Below, piece after piece: positions 9,529 through 19,704 of a stretch of 64,000 nt of DNA. Numbering within the stretch: the stretch's first letter is position 1; each line of letters opens with the position of its first letter. The position numbers and the translations under genes were made by a program. The stretch lies in NCBI GenBank assembly GCA_963778755.1, contig CAVZVJ010000010.1, forward strand, positions 34,207 to 98,206. Direction: 5' to 3'. Source of the stretch: an uncultured Acidobacteriota bacterium. Its GTDB lineage: Bacteria > Actinomycetota > Acidimicrobiia > Spongiisociales > ZC4RG35. The notes below the pieces were generated by a model. That model saw only the letters and a program-made list of their open reading frames with translations. It searched no databases and was not told the origin of the DNA.

Positions 9529-11474
9529 GCGAGGCCCTGGAGAACCTGCTTTCCGAAGACCGCAAGTTCCCCCCACCGCCCGAGTTCATCGCCGCGGCCA
9601 ATGCCCAACCGGGTATCCACGACGCGGCGTCCGCCGACTACCTCGGCTTCTGGAAGGACCAGGCCCTCTCCCGGATCACCTGGGCCACCGAGCCCACGGT
9701 GGTCCTCGACGACTCGAATCACCCCTTCTACAAATGGTTTTCCGACGGCGAGCTCAACCTCTCCGTCAATTGTCTCGATCGTCATCTCGATGAGCATGGC
9801 GATCAGGTGGCCTACAACTGGGTGGGCGAGCCCGGTGACACCCGGGTCCTCACCTATTCCGATCTTCATGCAGAGGTCTGCCGGTTCGCCAACGGCCTGA
9901 AGAGCCTGGGTTTGGCGACCGGCGACCGGGTCGCCATCTACATGGGGATGGTCCCCGAGCTTCCAATAGCGATGCTGGCCTGTGCCCGACTCGGTCTGGT
10001 CCACTCAGTTGTGTTCGGCGGCTTCTCTGCCGAGGCCCTCTCCAGCCGGATCATCGACGCCGACGCCCGGCTGGTGATCACTCAGGACGGCGCCTGGCGT
10101 GCGGGCAACATCGTCCCACTCAAAGTGAACAGCGATCTGGCGGTCAGCCAGACCCCCGGAGTCGAGCACGTGGTGGTGGTGCAGCGGACCAATCAAGGTG
10201 TCGACATGACCGAGGGACGGGACATCTGGTGGCACGAGTTGGTCGAGGGCCAGTCGGATCAATGCGATCCGGTGATCCTCAACGCCGAGCACCCCCTCTA
10301 CATCCTGTACACCTCGGGCACCACTGGAAAGCCCAAAGGGATCGTCCACACCCAGGGCGGCTACCTGACCGGGATCGTCACCACTCATTCCTACGTGTTC
10401 GACCTCAAGCCTGACACCGACGTCTACTGGTGCGGCGCCGACATCGGATGGGTGACCGGCCACAGCTACATCGTCTATGGCCCGCTGGCCAATCGGGCCA
10501 CCTCGATGATGTACGAAGGGGCACCGAACTTCCCCGACTTCGACCGTCTATGGCAGATCATCGAGGACTACAAGGTCACCATCTTCTACACCGCCCCCAC
10601 AGCGATCCGCACCTTCATGAAGTGGGGCGATCACCACGTCAGCAAGCATGACCTCTCATCGTTACGGCTGATCGGGACGGTCGGTGAGCCGATCAACCCC
10701 GAAGCCTGGATTTGGTATCAGGCCAACATCGGAGGCGGCAAGTGCCCGATCGTCGACACTTGGTGGCAAACCGAGACCGGGGCGATCATGATCACCCCGC
10801 TGCCGGGGATAGTCGCGACCAAGCCCGGCTCGGCAACCATCCCCTTCCCGGGGATCTTTGCCGACGTGGTGGACGAGAACGGGGAGTCGGTCCCGCTCGG
10901 TGGAGGGGGCTATCTCACGATCAGCAAGCCGTGGCCTTCGATGGCGCGCACGATCTATGGCGACGACCAGCGCTTCGTCGACACCTACTGGTCACGCTTC
11001 CCCGGTCGTTACTTCCCGGGCGATGGCGCGAAACGGGACGAGGAGGGCTATTTCTGGCTTCTGGGCCGGGTGGACGACATCATGCTGGTGTCCGGGCACA
11101 ACATCTCGACCACCGAGGTCGAATCCGCCCTGGTCTCCCACCCCGCGGTGGCCGAAGCCGCGGTGGTCGGTCGCAAGGACGAGCTGACCGGTCAGGCCAT
11201 AGCCGCCTTCGTGACCCTTAGGGGCAATGTCGTTGGTGACGAGGCGCTGATCACCGAGCTTCGGGACCACGTCGCCACGGTCTTGGGTGCGATTGCCAAG
11301 CCGAAATCAATCGTGTTCACCGATGATCTCCCCAAGACCCGATCGGGCAAGATCATGCGCCGCCTGCTCCAGGACATCTCCGAGCACCGGCATTTGGGTG
11401 ATGTCACCACGCTGGCCAACGAGGCGGTGGTCCAAGAGATCGCCGACAAGGCGGCGGTGTCGAACGAGGACTGA
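9525..11474 (+). CDS. acs: Acetyl-CoA synthetase (AMP-forming)
   Basis: It has the YTSGTTGKPKG AMP-binding motif, WWQTETG, and C-terminal PKTRSGKIMRR. The start at MSEALENLL (ATG 9525) overlaps the lnt stop (ATGA). Confidence 0.95.
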   Translation: MSEALENLLSEDRKFPPPPEFIAAANAQPGIHDAASADYLGFWKDQALSRITWATEPTVVLDDSNHPFYKWFSDGELNLSVNCLDRHLDEHGDQVAYNWVGEPGDTRVLTYSDLHAEVCRFANGLKSLGLATGDRVAIYMGMVPELPIAMLACARLGLVHSVVFGGFSAEALSSRIIDADARLVITQDGAWRAGNIVPLKVNSDLAVSQTPGVEHVVVVQRTNQGVDMTEGRDIWWHELVEGQSDQCDPVILNAEHPLYILYTSGTTGKPKGIVHTQGGYLTGIVTTHSYVFDLKPDTDVYWCGADIGWVTGHSYIVYGPLANRATSMMYEGAPNFPDFDRLWQIIEDYKVTIFYTAPTAIRTFMKWGDHHVSKHDLSSLRLIGTVGEPINPEAWIWYQANIGGGKCPIVDTWWQTETGAIMITPLPGIVATKPGSATIPFPGIFADVVDENGESVPLGGGGYLTISKPWPSMARTIYGDDQRFVDTYWSRFPGRYFPGDGAKRDEEGYFWLLGRVDDIMLVSGHNISTTEVESALVSHPAVAEAAVVGRKDELTGQAIAAFVTLRGNVVGDEALITELRDHVATVLGAIAKPKSIVFTDDLPKTRSGKIMRRLLQDISEHRHLGDVTTLANEAVVQEIADKAAVSNED

Positions 11475-11479
11475 GGTCT

Positions 11480-11959
11480 TCAGTCGAAGAGCACCGCACT
11501 GAACCAGAGGGCGGCGATGATGAGGCCGGTCGCCAGTTCGATACCGATCGAGGCCGCCACTGCACCCACCGAGGTCTTGGTGGTCGGCCAAGCATGCTCA
11601 CGGCCGACCCGAATTCTCTCTGCCAGATAGATCGTCGCCACGAAGCCGATCGGGGCGCCAACCACCGGGATAACGAAGAGCCCCACGATGGCCACGGCGA
11701 TCGCGATGACCAGAGTCGAGGTGGGGAGGCCGACTTCTTTCAACCGTCTCCCCGGCACCAGGTACTTGAAGATCGTGCCCAAGACGCCCAGGGCCAGTGC
11801 GACCACAGCCACGGCCCAACCGAGAGGGCTGCCGAGAGCGAAGGCCCAAACCACGACTGCGGCAACGATCAAGATCAGTCCGGGCAGGAATGGGAGGACG
11901 ATCCCAAAGAGGCCGGCGAGGATCGCCATTGCCACCACGAACTCTCCAAGCGGGCTCAT
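11480..11959 (-). CDS. DUF456-like small integral membrane protein
   Basis: This 159-aa protein has four hydrophobic segments. The N-terminus AILAGLFGIVLPFLPGLILIVAAVVVWAF is typical of DUF456 (name from memory). Confidence 0.65.
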   Translation of the reverse strand: MSPLGEFVVAMAILAGLFGIVLPFLPGLILIVAAVVVWAFALGSPLGWAVAVVALALGVLGTIFKYLVPGRRLKEVGLPTSTLVIAIAVAIVGLFVIPVVGAPIGFVATIYLAERIRVGREHAWPTTKTSVGAVAASIGIELATGLIIAALWFSAVLFD

Positions 11960-11992
11960 CCGAGGATCGTAAAGAGCCGGCGGTTGTCGGGC

Positions 11993-12775
11993 TCAGCCCA
12001 GACTGGATGCGAGCTCGTTGACCTGATCCGAGGCTCCGGAGAGAACCGGCTCGCCATGGCCGAAAAGCGCCACCTCGTAGCTGAACCCGGCCAATTTGGC
12101 GACCGATGCATTGGCGGCCGTCATGTCCTCTGAGAACGAGGGGTCGGGCCCGGATACGCCTCCGGAAAGACCGTTGAGGGCATCGCCAGTGACCAGGATC
12201 CCCGCCACGGCGTCGAGTACCGAGATGTGCCCCGCCGTGTGTCCCGGTGTCTTGATGATCTCGAGGCCAAAAACCTGCTCCCCGTCGCCGACTGCGGTCG
12301 GAGTGGCGACTGACTCCATGGCAGGTATGTCTTCGGCTCCGGCATAGAGATGCGCCTGCGGTGCCAGCGCCACGACTGCGCCAAGGCTCCCCTGGTGGTC
12401 GGGGTGCTTGTGGGTGACTATCACCTGGCCAACCGCGCCCCATCCCAGCCCGATCTCCTCGAGAGCGGCCTCAATCGCTCCCTCGCTCCCGGAGATGCCG
12501 GTATCGACCAGAACGGCCTCCCCGGCTCGGTACAGGATGTATGCCGAGACGAAGCCGAGATTCACTCTCCTGTAAGAGGAGCCCACCAGCACGGTGCTGG
12601 GGGTGGAGCCCGGGGCCACCGAGGCCGAAGGGCCGCTGGAATTCCCTGGATTTGTCCTTTGTGAAGGGGTCCCTTCGTTGGAACATGCGGCAATGCCGAA
12701 GACCGCGATCGCCAGTCCGGCCTTACCCATCTCGGCGATCGCCATGCGGCGGCTGAACAAGCGGTCAGCGGTCAT
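11993..12775 (-). CDS. MBL-fold metallo-hydrolase, probable Tat-exported lipoprotein
   Basis: It has HKHPDHQG (the HxHxDH motif) and later TPGHTAGH. The N-terminus from the ATG at 12775 reads [31 protein letters not shown]. This contains an RR motif plus an AAC lipobox. Confidence 0.8.
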   Translation of the reverse strand: MTADRLFSRRMAIAEMGKAGLAIAVFGIAACSNEGTPSQRTNPGNSSGPSASVAPGSTPSTVLVGSSYRRVNLGFVSAYILYRAGEAVLVDTGISGSEGAIEAALEEIGLGWGAVGQVIVTHKHPDHQGSLGAVVALAPQAHLYAGAEDIPAMESVATPTAVGDGEQVFGLEIIKTPGHTAGHISVLDAVAGILVTGDALNGLSGGVSGPDPSFSEDMTAANASVAKLAGFSYEVALFGHGEPVLSGASDQVNELASSLG

Positions 12776-12842
12776 CTCGTCGCTCTCGGCTAGCTCTTCC
12801 CGCGCCCAACATACCCCCAACCGGGGGTGTAGCTTCGAAAGC

Positions 12843-14198
12843 ATGGACACCAAGATCACCCTGCCGGAGTCGGAGCTGCCGACGCATTGGTACAACATCG
12901 TTCCCGATCTCCCGGTGCCGCCTCCCCCCGTCCTTCATCCGGGCACTCACGAGCCGGTGGGGCCCGACGACCTCGCACCTCTGTTCCCGATGGATTTGAT
13001 CCTCCAGGAGGTGAGTCAGGACCGATTCATCGAGATACCTGAGGAAGTGCGGGAGGTCTATCGGATGTGGCGTCCGACGCCGCTCTACCGCGCCAAGAAC
13101 CTGGAGAAGTCGATCGGCGGCCCGGCCCGGATCTACTACAAGTACGAAGGGGTCAGCCCTGCCGGATCGCACAAGCCCAACACCGCGGTGGCCCAGGCCT
13201 ACTACAACGCCAAAGCCGGAGTCAAGAAGCTGTCCACCGAGACCGGAGCCGGCCAATGGGGCTCGGCACTCTCGTTTGCCTGCGCCTTGTTCGGCATCGA
13301 GTTGGAGGTCTACATGGTCCGGGCCTCCTACGACCAGAAGCCCTATCGCCGAGCGATGATCGAAGCTTGGGGCGCCACTGTTTTCCCGTCACCTTCGGAC
13401 CGGACCGGGGCCGGGCGCGCGATCCTCGAGGCCGATCCCAGCTCGACAGGGAGCCTGGGCATCGCCATCTCCGAGGCGGTCGAGGTGGCAGCTACCCACG
13501 ACGACACCAAGTACTCGTTGGGCTCGGTCCTCAACCACGTGCTCATGCATCAGACCGTGATCGGCGAAGAAGCGCTGAAGCAGATGGCGCTGGTCAACGA
13601 GACGCCGGACGTCATCATCGGATGCGCTGGTGGCGGTTCCAACTTCTCGGGATTGACCTTCCCCTTCATCAGGGACAAGCTGGCTGGGTCGACGAACCCG
13701 ACAGTGATCGCCGTCGAGCCCGCTGCGGCCCCGTCACTGACCAGGGGCAGCTATCAGTTCGACTTCGGGGACGCAGTGGGGATGGCTCCCATCGTCAAGA
13801 TGCACACCCTGGGCCACGACTTCGTGCCCGACCCGATCCACGCCGGTGGGCTTCGCTATCACGGCATGGCGCCGCTGGTTTCGTTACTCCACGATCAAGG
13901 GGTCATCGAGGCCGAGTCGAAGCAGCAAGGCGAGACCTTCACCGCTGCGGTCAAGTTCGCTCGGACTGAAGGCATCCTTCCCGCACCGGAGTCCAGCCAC
14001 GCCATCGCCGAGGCGATCACCCAGGCCGAGCGGGCCAAGGAGGCCGGTGAGGAGAAGGTGATCCTCTTCAACCTATCGGGGCATGGTCATTTCGACATGG
14101 GCGCCTACCAATCCCATTTCGACGGCTCTATGGAGGACTATGAGTACCCGACAGAGCGGATCGCGGCGGCGATGGAGAAGGTCCCGGTCATCGCGTAG
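12843..14198 (+). CDS. TrpB-like PLP-dependent enzyme (tryptophan synthase beta chain 2, TrpB2 type)
   Basis: It begins [24 protein letters not shown], the characteristic TrpB2 N-terminus. It has the PLP lysine context GSHKPNTA and the GGGSNF loop. No trpA or other trp genes are nearby. Confidence 0.9.
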   Translation: MDTKITLPESELPTHWYNIVPDLPVPPPPVLHPGTHEPVGPDDLAPLFPMDLILQEVSQDRFIEIPEEVREVYRMWRPTPLYRAKNLEKSIGGPARIYYKYEGVSPAGSHKPNTAVAQAYYNAKAGVKKLSTETGAGQWGSALSFACALFGIELEVYMVRASYDQKPYRRAMIEAWGATVFPSPSDRTGAGRAILEADPSSTGSLGIAISEAVEVAATHDDTKYSLGSVLNHVLMHQTVIGEEALKQMALVNETPDVIIGCAGGGSNFSGLTFPFIRDKLAGSTNPTVIAVEPAAAPSLTRGSYQFDFGDAVGMAPIVKMHTLGHDFVPDPIHAGGLRYHGMAPLVSLLHDQGVIEAESKQQGETFTAAVKFARTEGILPAPESSHAIAEAITQAERAKEAGEEKVILFNLSGHGHFDMGAYQSHFDGSMEDYEYPTERIAAAMEKVPVIA

Positions 14199-14204
14199 GC
14201 AACA

Positions 14205-14260
14205 GTTGTCCCCCTGCGAAGCGGGGGGGCCTCGCCCGACCTCTGGTCGGGCGAGGGGGG
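14205..14260. repeat. REP-like GC-rich hairpin element (copy 1 of a family)
   Basis: The sequence gttgtccccctgcgaagcgggggggcc is followed by a perfect 12-bp hairpin: cctcgcccgacc (14230-14241), tct, ggtcgggcgagg (14245-14256), and then a G-run. The first part is nearly identical to the reverse complement of 35710-35737. It lies between convergent genes. Confidence 0.55.
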
Positions 14261-14265
14261 CTAGC

Positions 14266-15084
14266 TCAGGGCGAGGCGAGCTCCCGGCAGCCTTCCTCGC
14301 CGGGCAGAAGCTGGCGGACCAGCAAGGTGTACGGATCTCCGCTACCGGACGGCGGCGTCCACGTCGTCACCTGGGTCGCGTCGGTGAACAAGTCGAGCTT
14401 GTCGCCCGGGTACACGTTGCACTTCCAGTCGATTCCGCTGAACCCGCCCCACTCCTGGGGGTCGTCGGGTAGCGGCCAGGCACGAACGTCTTCGAAACCA
14501 GGCTCGGGCTCAGCCGCGCTCACCCCTGCCAGCACCTTGATCTCGTCGGCCACGTATGGCTCGGTCGGGTTCGAGGAGAGCTCCAACATCAGCGCATCGA
14601 GTTGGACCGCCGCCTGGGTGGCGGCATTGTTGGCGTCGGACTCGATGCCCAGGGCGTAGATCGAGTACTTGTGCTCTCCCTGCTCGTCCCAATAGGTGAT
14701 CACGTACGTAGGTGCGTCGGCGATATGAGAGGCCTGTGAGTCGTCCCTTTCATCGACCATCCCCGAGATCCCCATGTCCTCGATCAAAGCCATGACCCGA
14801 TCGACATCGGCCTCGCTCAACTGAACCTGCTGATAGGGAACCACCAGCGGTCCGGGGTACTGCATGGTGGTGACGCCGGGAATTATCAACCGGCCGTCAC
14901 TCAAGAGCTCATACGAGGGACCAGAGCCGAGGCTCCACTCCAGCGGCACGAACCCACCTTCATACTGGATGCGGAGGACTGCGGTGGCCGGCTCATCGGG
15001 TGGATCGAGTGTGACGACCTCAGTCCCACAGGCGGCAAGAGTCAAGGTGGCTGCGGCGAGCAGTCCAATAATTCTCTTTCCCAT
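14266..15084 (-). CDS. Hypothetical secreted lipoprotein
   Basis: This 272-aa ORF has a signal peptide and lipobox (MGKRIIGLLAAATLTLAACG). I recognise no other domain. Confidence 0.65.
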   Translation of the reverse strand: MGKRIIGLLAAATLTLAACGTEVVTLDPPDEPATAVLRIQYEGGFVPLEWSLGSGPSYELLSDGRLIIPGVTTMQYPGPLVVPYQQVQLSEADVDRVMALIEDMGISGMVDERDDSQASHIADAPTYVITYWDEQGEHKYSIYALGIESDANNAATQAAVQLDALMLELSSNPTEPYVADEIKVLAGVSAAEPEPGFEDVRAWPLPDDPQEWGGFSGIDWKCNVYPGDKLDLFTDATQVTTWTPPSGSGDPYTLLVRQLLPGEEGCRELASP

Positions 15085-15134
15085 GGGTCTTAGATGTCCC
15101 TGTCTCCCTGTGCGGTTCCCGTTTCGTGCGTTGA

Positions 15135-15965
15135 TCAGCGCCCGGTGGTCGAAAAATGCTGGTAATCAATGGGCGAATCCCAGTATCCGCCCCATTTCCA
15201 TCCCCGGGCGGCGAAGGCATCTACGACGGCATCACCGCCATGGATCATCCCGGGCGCGTCCTGGCTCCGGTCGGCGTAGACCTCACCTTCCGGTGGGAGC
15301 ACCCTGGATCCGACGACGTAGGGGTTGACCAATGGGTTGACGTCGATGGCTCTTCCATAGGAGTGCTCCGACCAGGATGCCCCGCCGGTCACCAGCCGGC
15401 AGTTGAATGCGCTGGTGTTGTTGGCCGCCATGCTCCGGTCGTCGTTGCCGTCGTAAACGTCGACCGGCTCCATGCGCTCAATAGGAAACGACGCGTCGAA
15501 GAGGTCGTGCATGATCTCAACGACGTCGTTCGCCACCTTGGTGGCCACGATCAAGCGTCCGGTGTGGACCTCGCCGTCAAACCCCCAATGGGAGATGTCG
15601 ACCGCGCGAAGGTCGGCTACGTCGACCGGGCAACCCTGATGCCACGATGCCAACAGGTCATCCTCGGTCACGTGCGAAACTCGGTGAGCGAATCCCGGCT
15701 GTGCCGAGGCGCTGGTAGTCGTAGGGGGCTGAGCCGTGGTGGTTGTGGTGGTGGGTGTCGTCGTCGTCGTGGACGAGGCGGCGGTCGTTGCCGGGGTCGA
15801 TCCCGTTGCGCTGGTCGTCGCGGCACCGATCGCCTGAGACACGGGCTCGCTGTCGATCGCCCAAAGGGTTCCTGCCGTTGCCAGCAGGGTGATGACCGCC
15901 CCAAGTGCAATCACAATTCTGCGGTCCACCTCGCTAAGTGTCGCACATGGCCCGTGCTCTCCCAA
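15135..15965 (-). CDS. M15-family D-alanyl-D-alanine carboxypeptidase-like metallopeptidase (VanY-like)
   Basis: The C-terminal SEHSYGRAIDVNP zinc-binding block is typical of peptidase M15. It has an N-terminal membrane anchor and a Thr/Pro-rich linker (TTTTTPTTTTTTAQPPTTT). The ORF-track start is TTG at 15965. An in-frame GTG at 15929 is an alternative. Confidence 0.8.
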   Translation of the reverse strand: MGEHGPCATLSEVDRRIVIALGAVITLLATAGTLWAIDSEPVSQAIGAATTSATGSTPATTAASSTTTTTPTTTTTTAQPPTTTSASAQPGFAHRVSHVTEDDLLASWHQGCPVDVADLRAVDISHWGFDGEVHTGRLIVATKVANDVVEIMHDLFDASFPIERMEPVDVYDGNDDRSMAANNTSAFNCRLVTGGASWSEHSYGRAIDVNPLVNPYVVGSRVLPPEGEVYADRSQDAPGMIHGGDAVVDAFAARGWKWGGYWDSPIDYQHFSTTGR

Positions 15966-16011
15966 TGGGCGACACGTGTATGTTCGGGCGGCCTACCCAA
16001 ACAGGAGTCAC

Positions 16012-18378
16012 TTGAGCGATCAGAACATTGCCGGGCGCGAGAACCTGCCCATCCCTGACCCGCAGTGGGTTGGCCTTACCACCTATGACGCAAAGGACCC
16101 GGACACCAAGTTCCCTCCCATCGAGCCGGTGCGGCCACCGGCCGGGGCCCCGAACGTCCTGATCGTCCTCCTCGACGACGTCGGTTTTGGGGCCAGCTCG
16201 GCATTCGGCGGGCCGTGCAACACACCAAACTTCGAGCGTCTTGCCGGTAACGGTCTCAAGTACACCCGCTTTCACACGACTGCGCTGTGCTCGCCCACCC
16301 GAGCCGCTCTTCTCGGCGGTCGTAATCATCACTCGGTTGGCATGGGAGGAATCACCGAGATCGCCACCTCCGCTCCCGGTTACAACTCGATGCGGCCGAG
16401 GAACAAGGCTCCGGCGGCCGAGATGCTCAAGCTCAACGGCTATTCGACAGCGCATTTCGGCAAGTGCCATGAGGTTCCGGTCTGGGAAACCAGCCCGATG
16501 GGGCCGTTCGACCGCTGGCCGAGCCCAGGCAACGGCTTCGAGCACTTCTACGGTTTTATCGGTGGCGAGACAAATCAATATGCCCCTGCCATCTATCAGG
16601 ACACTGTGGCGGTGGAGCCAGATCGCACCCCAGAAGAGGGCTATCACTTCACCGAGGACATGACCGACCATGCCATCGACTGGGTCCGTCAACAGAAGGC
16701 ACTCATGGCCGACAAGCCGTTCTTCGTCTATTACGCCCCCGGGGCTACCCATGCTCCCCACCATGTCCCGATCGAGTGGAGCGACAAGTACAAAGGCAAG
16801 TTCGACGACGGCTGGGACGCGGAACGAGAGCGCACCTTCGCCAAGCAGAAAGAACTCGGCGTGATTCCCGCTGACGCCGAGCTCACCGCTCGCCCGGCCG
16901 AGATTCCGGCGTGGGACGATTTTGACGAGGACCTGAAGCCGGTGCTGGCACGTCAGATGGAGGTCTACGCCGGCTTCATGGAGCACACAGATCATCACGT
17001 CGGCCGTCTGCTCGATGCCCTCGAGGACCTCGAAATCCTTGAGGACACGCTGATCTACGTGATCATCGGTGACAACGGCGCGTCCGCTGAAGGCACACCC
17101 CAAGGTTGCTTCAACGAATTGGTGGTTCTCAACGGTGCCGGCGGTCTGGAGACGACCGAGTTCATGGCTTCTCGGATCGACGACTTCGGCACCCCGTCCG
17201 CCTACAACCACTATGCAGTGGGATGGGCCCACGCCATGGACACCCCGTACCAATGGACAAAGCAGGTGGCATCACACTGGGGTGGCACTCGAAACGGGAC
17301 CATCGTCCACTGGCCTAACGGGATCGCCTCCAAGGGTGAGGTCCGGAACCAGTTTCACCACGTGATCGATGTGGTGCCCACCATCCTCGAGGCGGCCGGG
17401 ATCCCGTCACCGTTGTTCGTCAACGGAATCCAGCAGGCGCCCCTCGAAGGGTTCTCTATGAATTACTCCTTCGACGACGCCAAGGCTGCCGACACTCACA
17501 CCACTCAGTACTTCGAGATGTTCGTCAACCGGGGCATTTATCACAACGGATGGACCGCGGTGACCCGTCATTCGACCCCATGGGTAATGGAGGCCTTGCC
17601 TGCCATCGACGACGACGTCTGGGAGCTTTACGGGCCCGACGACTGGACCCAGGCGAACAACCTGGCGGCCGAGAACCCGGAAATGCTGGCCCATCTCCAG
17701 CGGCTGTTCCTGATCGAGGCCGGCAAATACAACGTCCTTCCTCTCGACGATCGACGGGTGGAGCGGTTCAACCCAGACCTGGCGGGTCGTCCCCAGCTGA
17801 TCAAGGGCAGCACCCAGCTGTTGTTCGGAGGCATGGGGAGACTCAGCGAGAACTCGGTGGTGGTGACGAAGAACAAGTCATATGCGGTCACCGCCGAAAT
17901 CGAGGTGCCTGAGGGCGGGGGGCATGGGACCGTGGTGGCCATGGGCGGCGCTTTCGGTGGATGGAGCCTCTACGTCAAGGACGGCATCCCGGCCCACTGT
18001 TACAACTTCTTCGGGCTCCAACAGTCCAAGGCCTACGGGTCGGACCCGATGCCGGCCGGCGAGCATCAGCTGAGAGTCGAATTCACCTACGACGGTGGCG
18101 GCCTTGGCAAAGGGGGGAACGTCGCTCTCTACCTCGACGGGTCGCAGGTCGGGGAGGGTCGGGTCGATGCCACGGTCCCCATGGTGTTCTCCGCTGATGA
18201 GACCACCGACGTCGGAACCGACTCCGCCACTCCGGTGACCGATGATTTGGGACCGAAGGATGTCCACTTCACCGGTCGGGTGAAGTGGGTGCAGATCGAT
18301 CTCGGTGAAGACGCCGAAGACGCTGATCATCTCATTTCGCCCGAGGAGAGGTACCGGATCGCCATGGCCCGGCAATAG
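16012..18378 (+). CDS. Arylsulfatase (formylglycine-dependent sulfatase family)
   Basis: It has the sulfatase signature CSPTRAALLGGR, and its large size is typical of AtsA-like enzymes. The ORF opens at 15889 but overlaps the divergent gene. A TTG at 16012 follows AGGAG (16003-16007). A GTG at 15976 is an alternative start. Confidence 0.88.
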   Translation: MSDQNIAGRENLPIPDPQWVGLTTYDAKDPDTKFPPIEPVRPPAGAPNVLIVLLDDVGFGASSAFGGPCNTPNFERLAGNGLKYTRFHTTALCSPTRAALLGGRNHHSVGMGGITEIATSAPGYNSMRPRNKAPAAEMLKLNGYSTAHFGKCHEVPVWETSPMGPFDRWPSPGNGFEHFYGFIGGETNQYAPAIYQDTVAVEPDRTPEEGYHFTEDMTDHAIDWVRQQKALMADKPFFVYYAPGATHAPHHVPIEWSDKYKGKFDDGWDAERERTFAKQKELGVIPADAELTARPAEIPAWDDFDEDLKPVLARQMEVYAGFMEHTDHHVGRLLDALEDLEILEDTLIYVIIGDNGASAEGTPQGCFNELVVLNGAGGLETTEFMASRIDDFGTPSAYNHYAVGWAHAMDTPYQWTKQVASHWGGTRNGTIVHWPNGIASKGEVRNQFHHVIDVVPTILEAAGIPSPLFVNGIQQAPLEGFSMNYSFDDAKAADTHTTQYFEMFVNRGIYHNGWTAVTRHSTPWVMEALPAIDDDVWELYGPDDWTQANNLAAENPEMLAHLQRLFLIEAGKYNVLPLDDRRVERFNPDLAGRPQLIKGSTQLLFGGMGRLSENSVVVTKNKSYAVTAEIEVPEGGGHGTVVAMGGAFGGWSLYVKDGIPAHCYNFFGLQQSKAYGSDPMPAGEHQLRVEFTYDGGGLGKGGNVALYLDGSQVGEGRVDATVPMVFSADETTDVGTDSATPVTDDLGPKDVHFTGRVKWVQIDLGEDAEDADHLISPEERYRIAMARQ

Positions 18379-18381
18379 CCG

Positions 18382-19659
18382 CTAGCGGCTCTCCCAGCTG
18401 GTGAGGCCTTCGTCCACCAGGTCCATCGCCCAGTCGACTTCCTCGGTGGTGGCCACCAGGGGTGGGATGAATCTGAGGACGTTGCCGTCCGGCCCGCAGT
18501 TGATGATGATCAGGTCACGGTCAAATGCGTGCTTCTCGATGTGTTGGAAGGCGGGCTTGTCCGGGGTCCGGCTCTCCCGATCGGTCACGAATTCGACGCC
18601 GGTCATCAGCCCTAGCCCTCGCACATCTCCGATCGTGGGATGACTCTCGGCCATTTCATGGAAACGCTCGAAAATCCGCTTGGAGAGCTCCCTTGCGTGA
18701 GGCAGGAGCCCCTCCATGGTGTCCATCACTGCCACCGCTGCCGCCGTCGACACCGGGTTGCCGCCGAATGTGGTGCCATGGGCGCCAGCCGGCCAGTTGT
18801 TCATCACCTCGACCGAGGATCCGTAGGCGGACAGGGGCAACCCGTTGGCGATCCCTTTGCCCATGGCCATGATGTCCGGTTTGGCGTCGAAGTGATCTGC
18901 GGCGAACCACTCCGCTGTCCGACCGAACCCGGTCTGAACCTCGTCGTAGATCAGCATGATCCCGTTCTCGTTCGCTAGTTCCCTGAGGGCGCTGAGAAAG
19001 GCCGGCGGCGCCGGGTAGTAGCCACCTTCGCCTTGCACCGGCTCGACCAGGAAGCATGCGATGTTCTTCGGGGTGACCACGTGCTTGAAGGTCATCCGCA
19101 GTTCGGTGAGGGCGTGCTCCACTGCTTCGGCCTCGGTCATCCCCCAGCGGTAAGGGTGGGGGAAGGGGGCCACGAACACCGACCCCAGTACGGGGTGGTA
19201 TCCGTCCCGGTACTTGGCGTTTGAGGTCGTGTAGCTGATCGACCCCATGGTCCGCCCGTGGAACGCCCCACGGAAGGCGATGACACCCTGACGCCCGGTC
19301 GAATACTTGGCCAGCTTCACTCCGGCTTCCACCGCCTCGGCGCCGGAGTTGGCGAAGGCAAACTTCTGAATCCCGGGTGGGGTGATCTCCCGAAGCTTCT
19401 CGGCGGCGTCGACGATGGCGTCGTAACGGACGATGCAGCCCGAGTGCATCATGCTGTCGATCTGGCGATGGGCGGCCTCGACCACCGCTGGGTGGTTGTG
19501 GCCGAGATTGACCACCGCGGTGCCGCATGCGAAATCGGCCCAACGTCTGCCTTCGATATCAGTGACCCAGATCCCCTCCGCCTTCACGGCGTGGATGTCG
19601 GTGTCGAATGCGATAACGGGAGCGATCACGTCCTTGTGGCGGGTAACGAGGTCGGTCAT
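18382..19659 (-). CDS. Class-III (omega) aminotransferase, GabT-like
   Basis: It has IYDEVQTGFGRTAEWF and the PLP lysine context AMGKGIANG, with the overall aminotransferase class-III pattern. The start is at MTDLVTRH (ATG 19659, confirmed). Confidence 0.9.
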   Translation of the reverse strand: MTDLVTRHKDVIAPVIAFDTDIHAVKAEGIWVTDIEGRRWADFACGTAVVNLGHNHPAVVEAAHRQIDSMMHSGCIVRYDAIVDAAEKLREITPPGIQKFAFANSGAEAVEAGVKLAKYSTGRQGVIAFRGAFHGRTMGSISYTTSNAKYRDGYHPVLGSVFVAPFPHPYRWGMTEAEAVEHALTELRMTFKHVVTPKNIACFLVEPVQGEGGYYPAPPAFLSALRELANENGIMLIYDEVQTGFGRTAEWFAADHFDAKPDIMAMGKGIANGLPLSAYGSSVEVMNNWPAGAHGTTFGGNPVSTAAAVAVMDTMEGLLPHARELSKRIFERFHEMAESHPTIGDVRGLGLMTGVEFVTDRESRTPDKPAFQHIEKHAFDRDLIIINCGPDGNVLRFIPPLVATTEEVDWAMDLVDEGLTSWESR

Positions 19660-19704
19660 GGGTCGTGATGCTACCCAACGGGCCCGATACCGGGAACCCC
19701 GACC

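Noticed and set aside
15690-15830. A Thr/Pro-rich low-complexity DNA repeat
   Set aside because: It encodes the inter-domain linker of the M15 peptidase (TTTTTPTTTTTT). It is ordinary for secreted actinobacterial proteins and is not an independent repeat feature.
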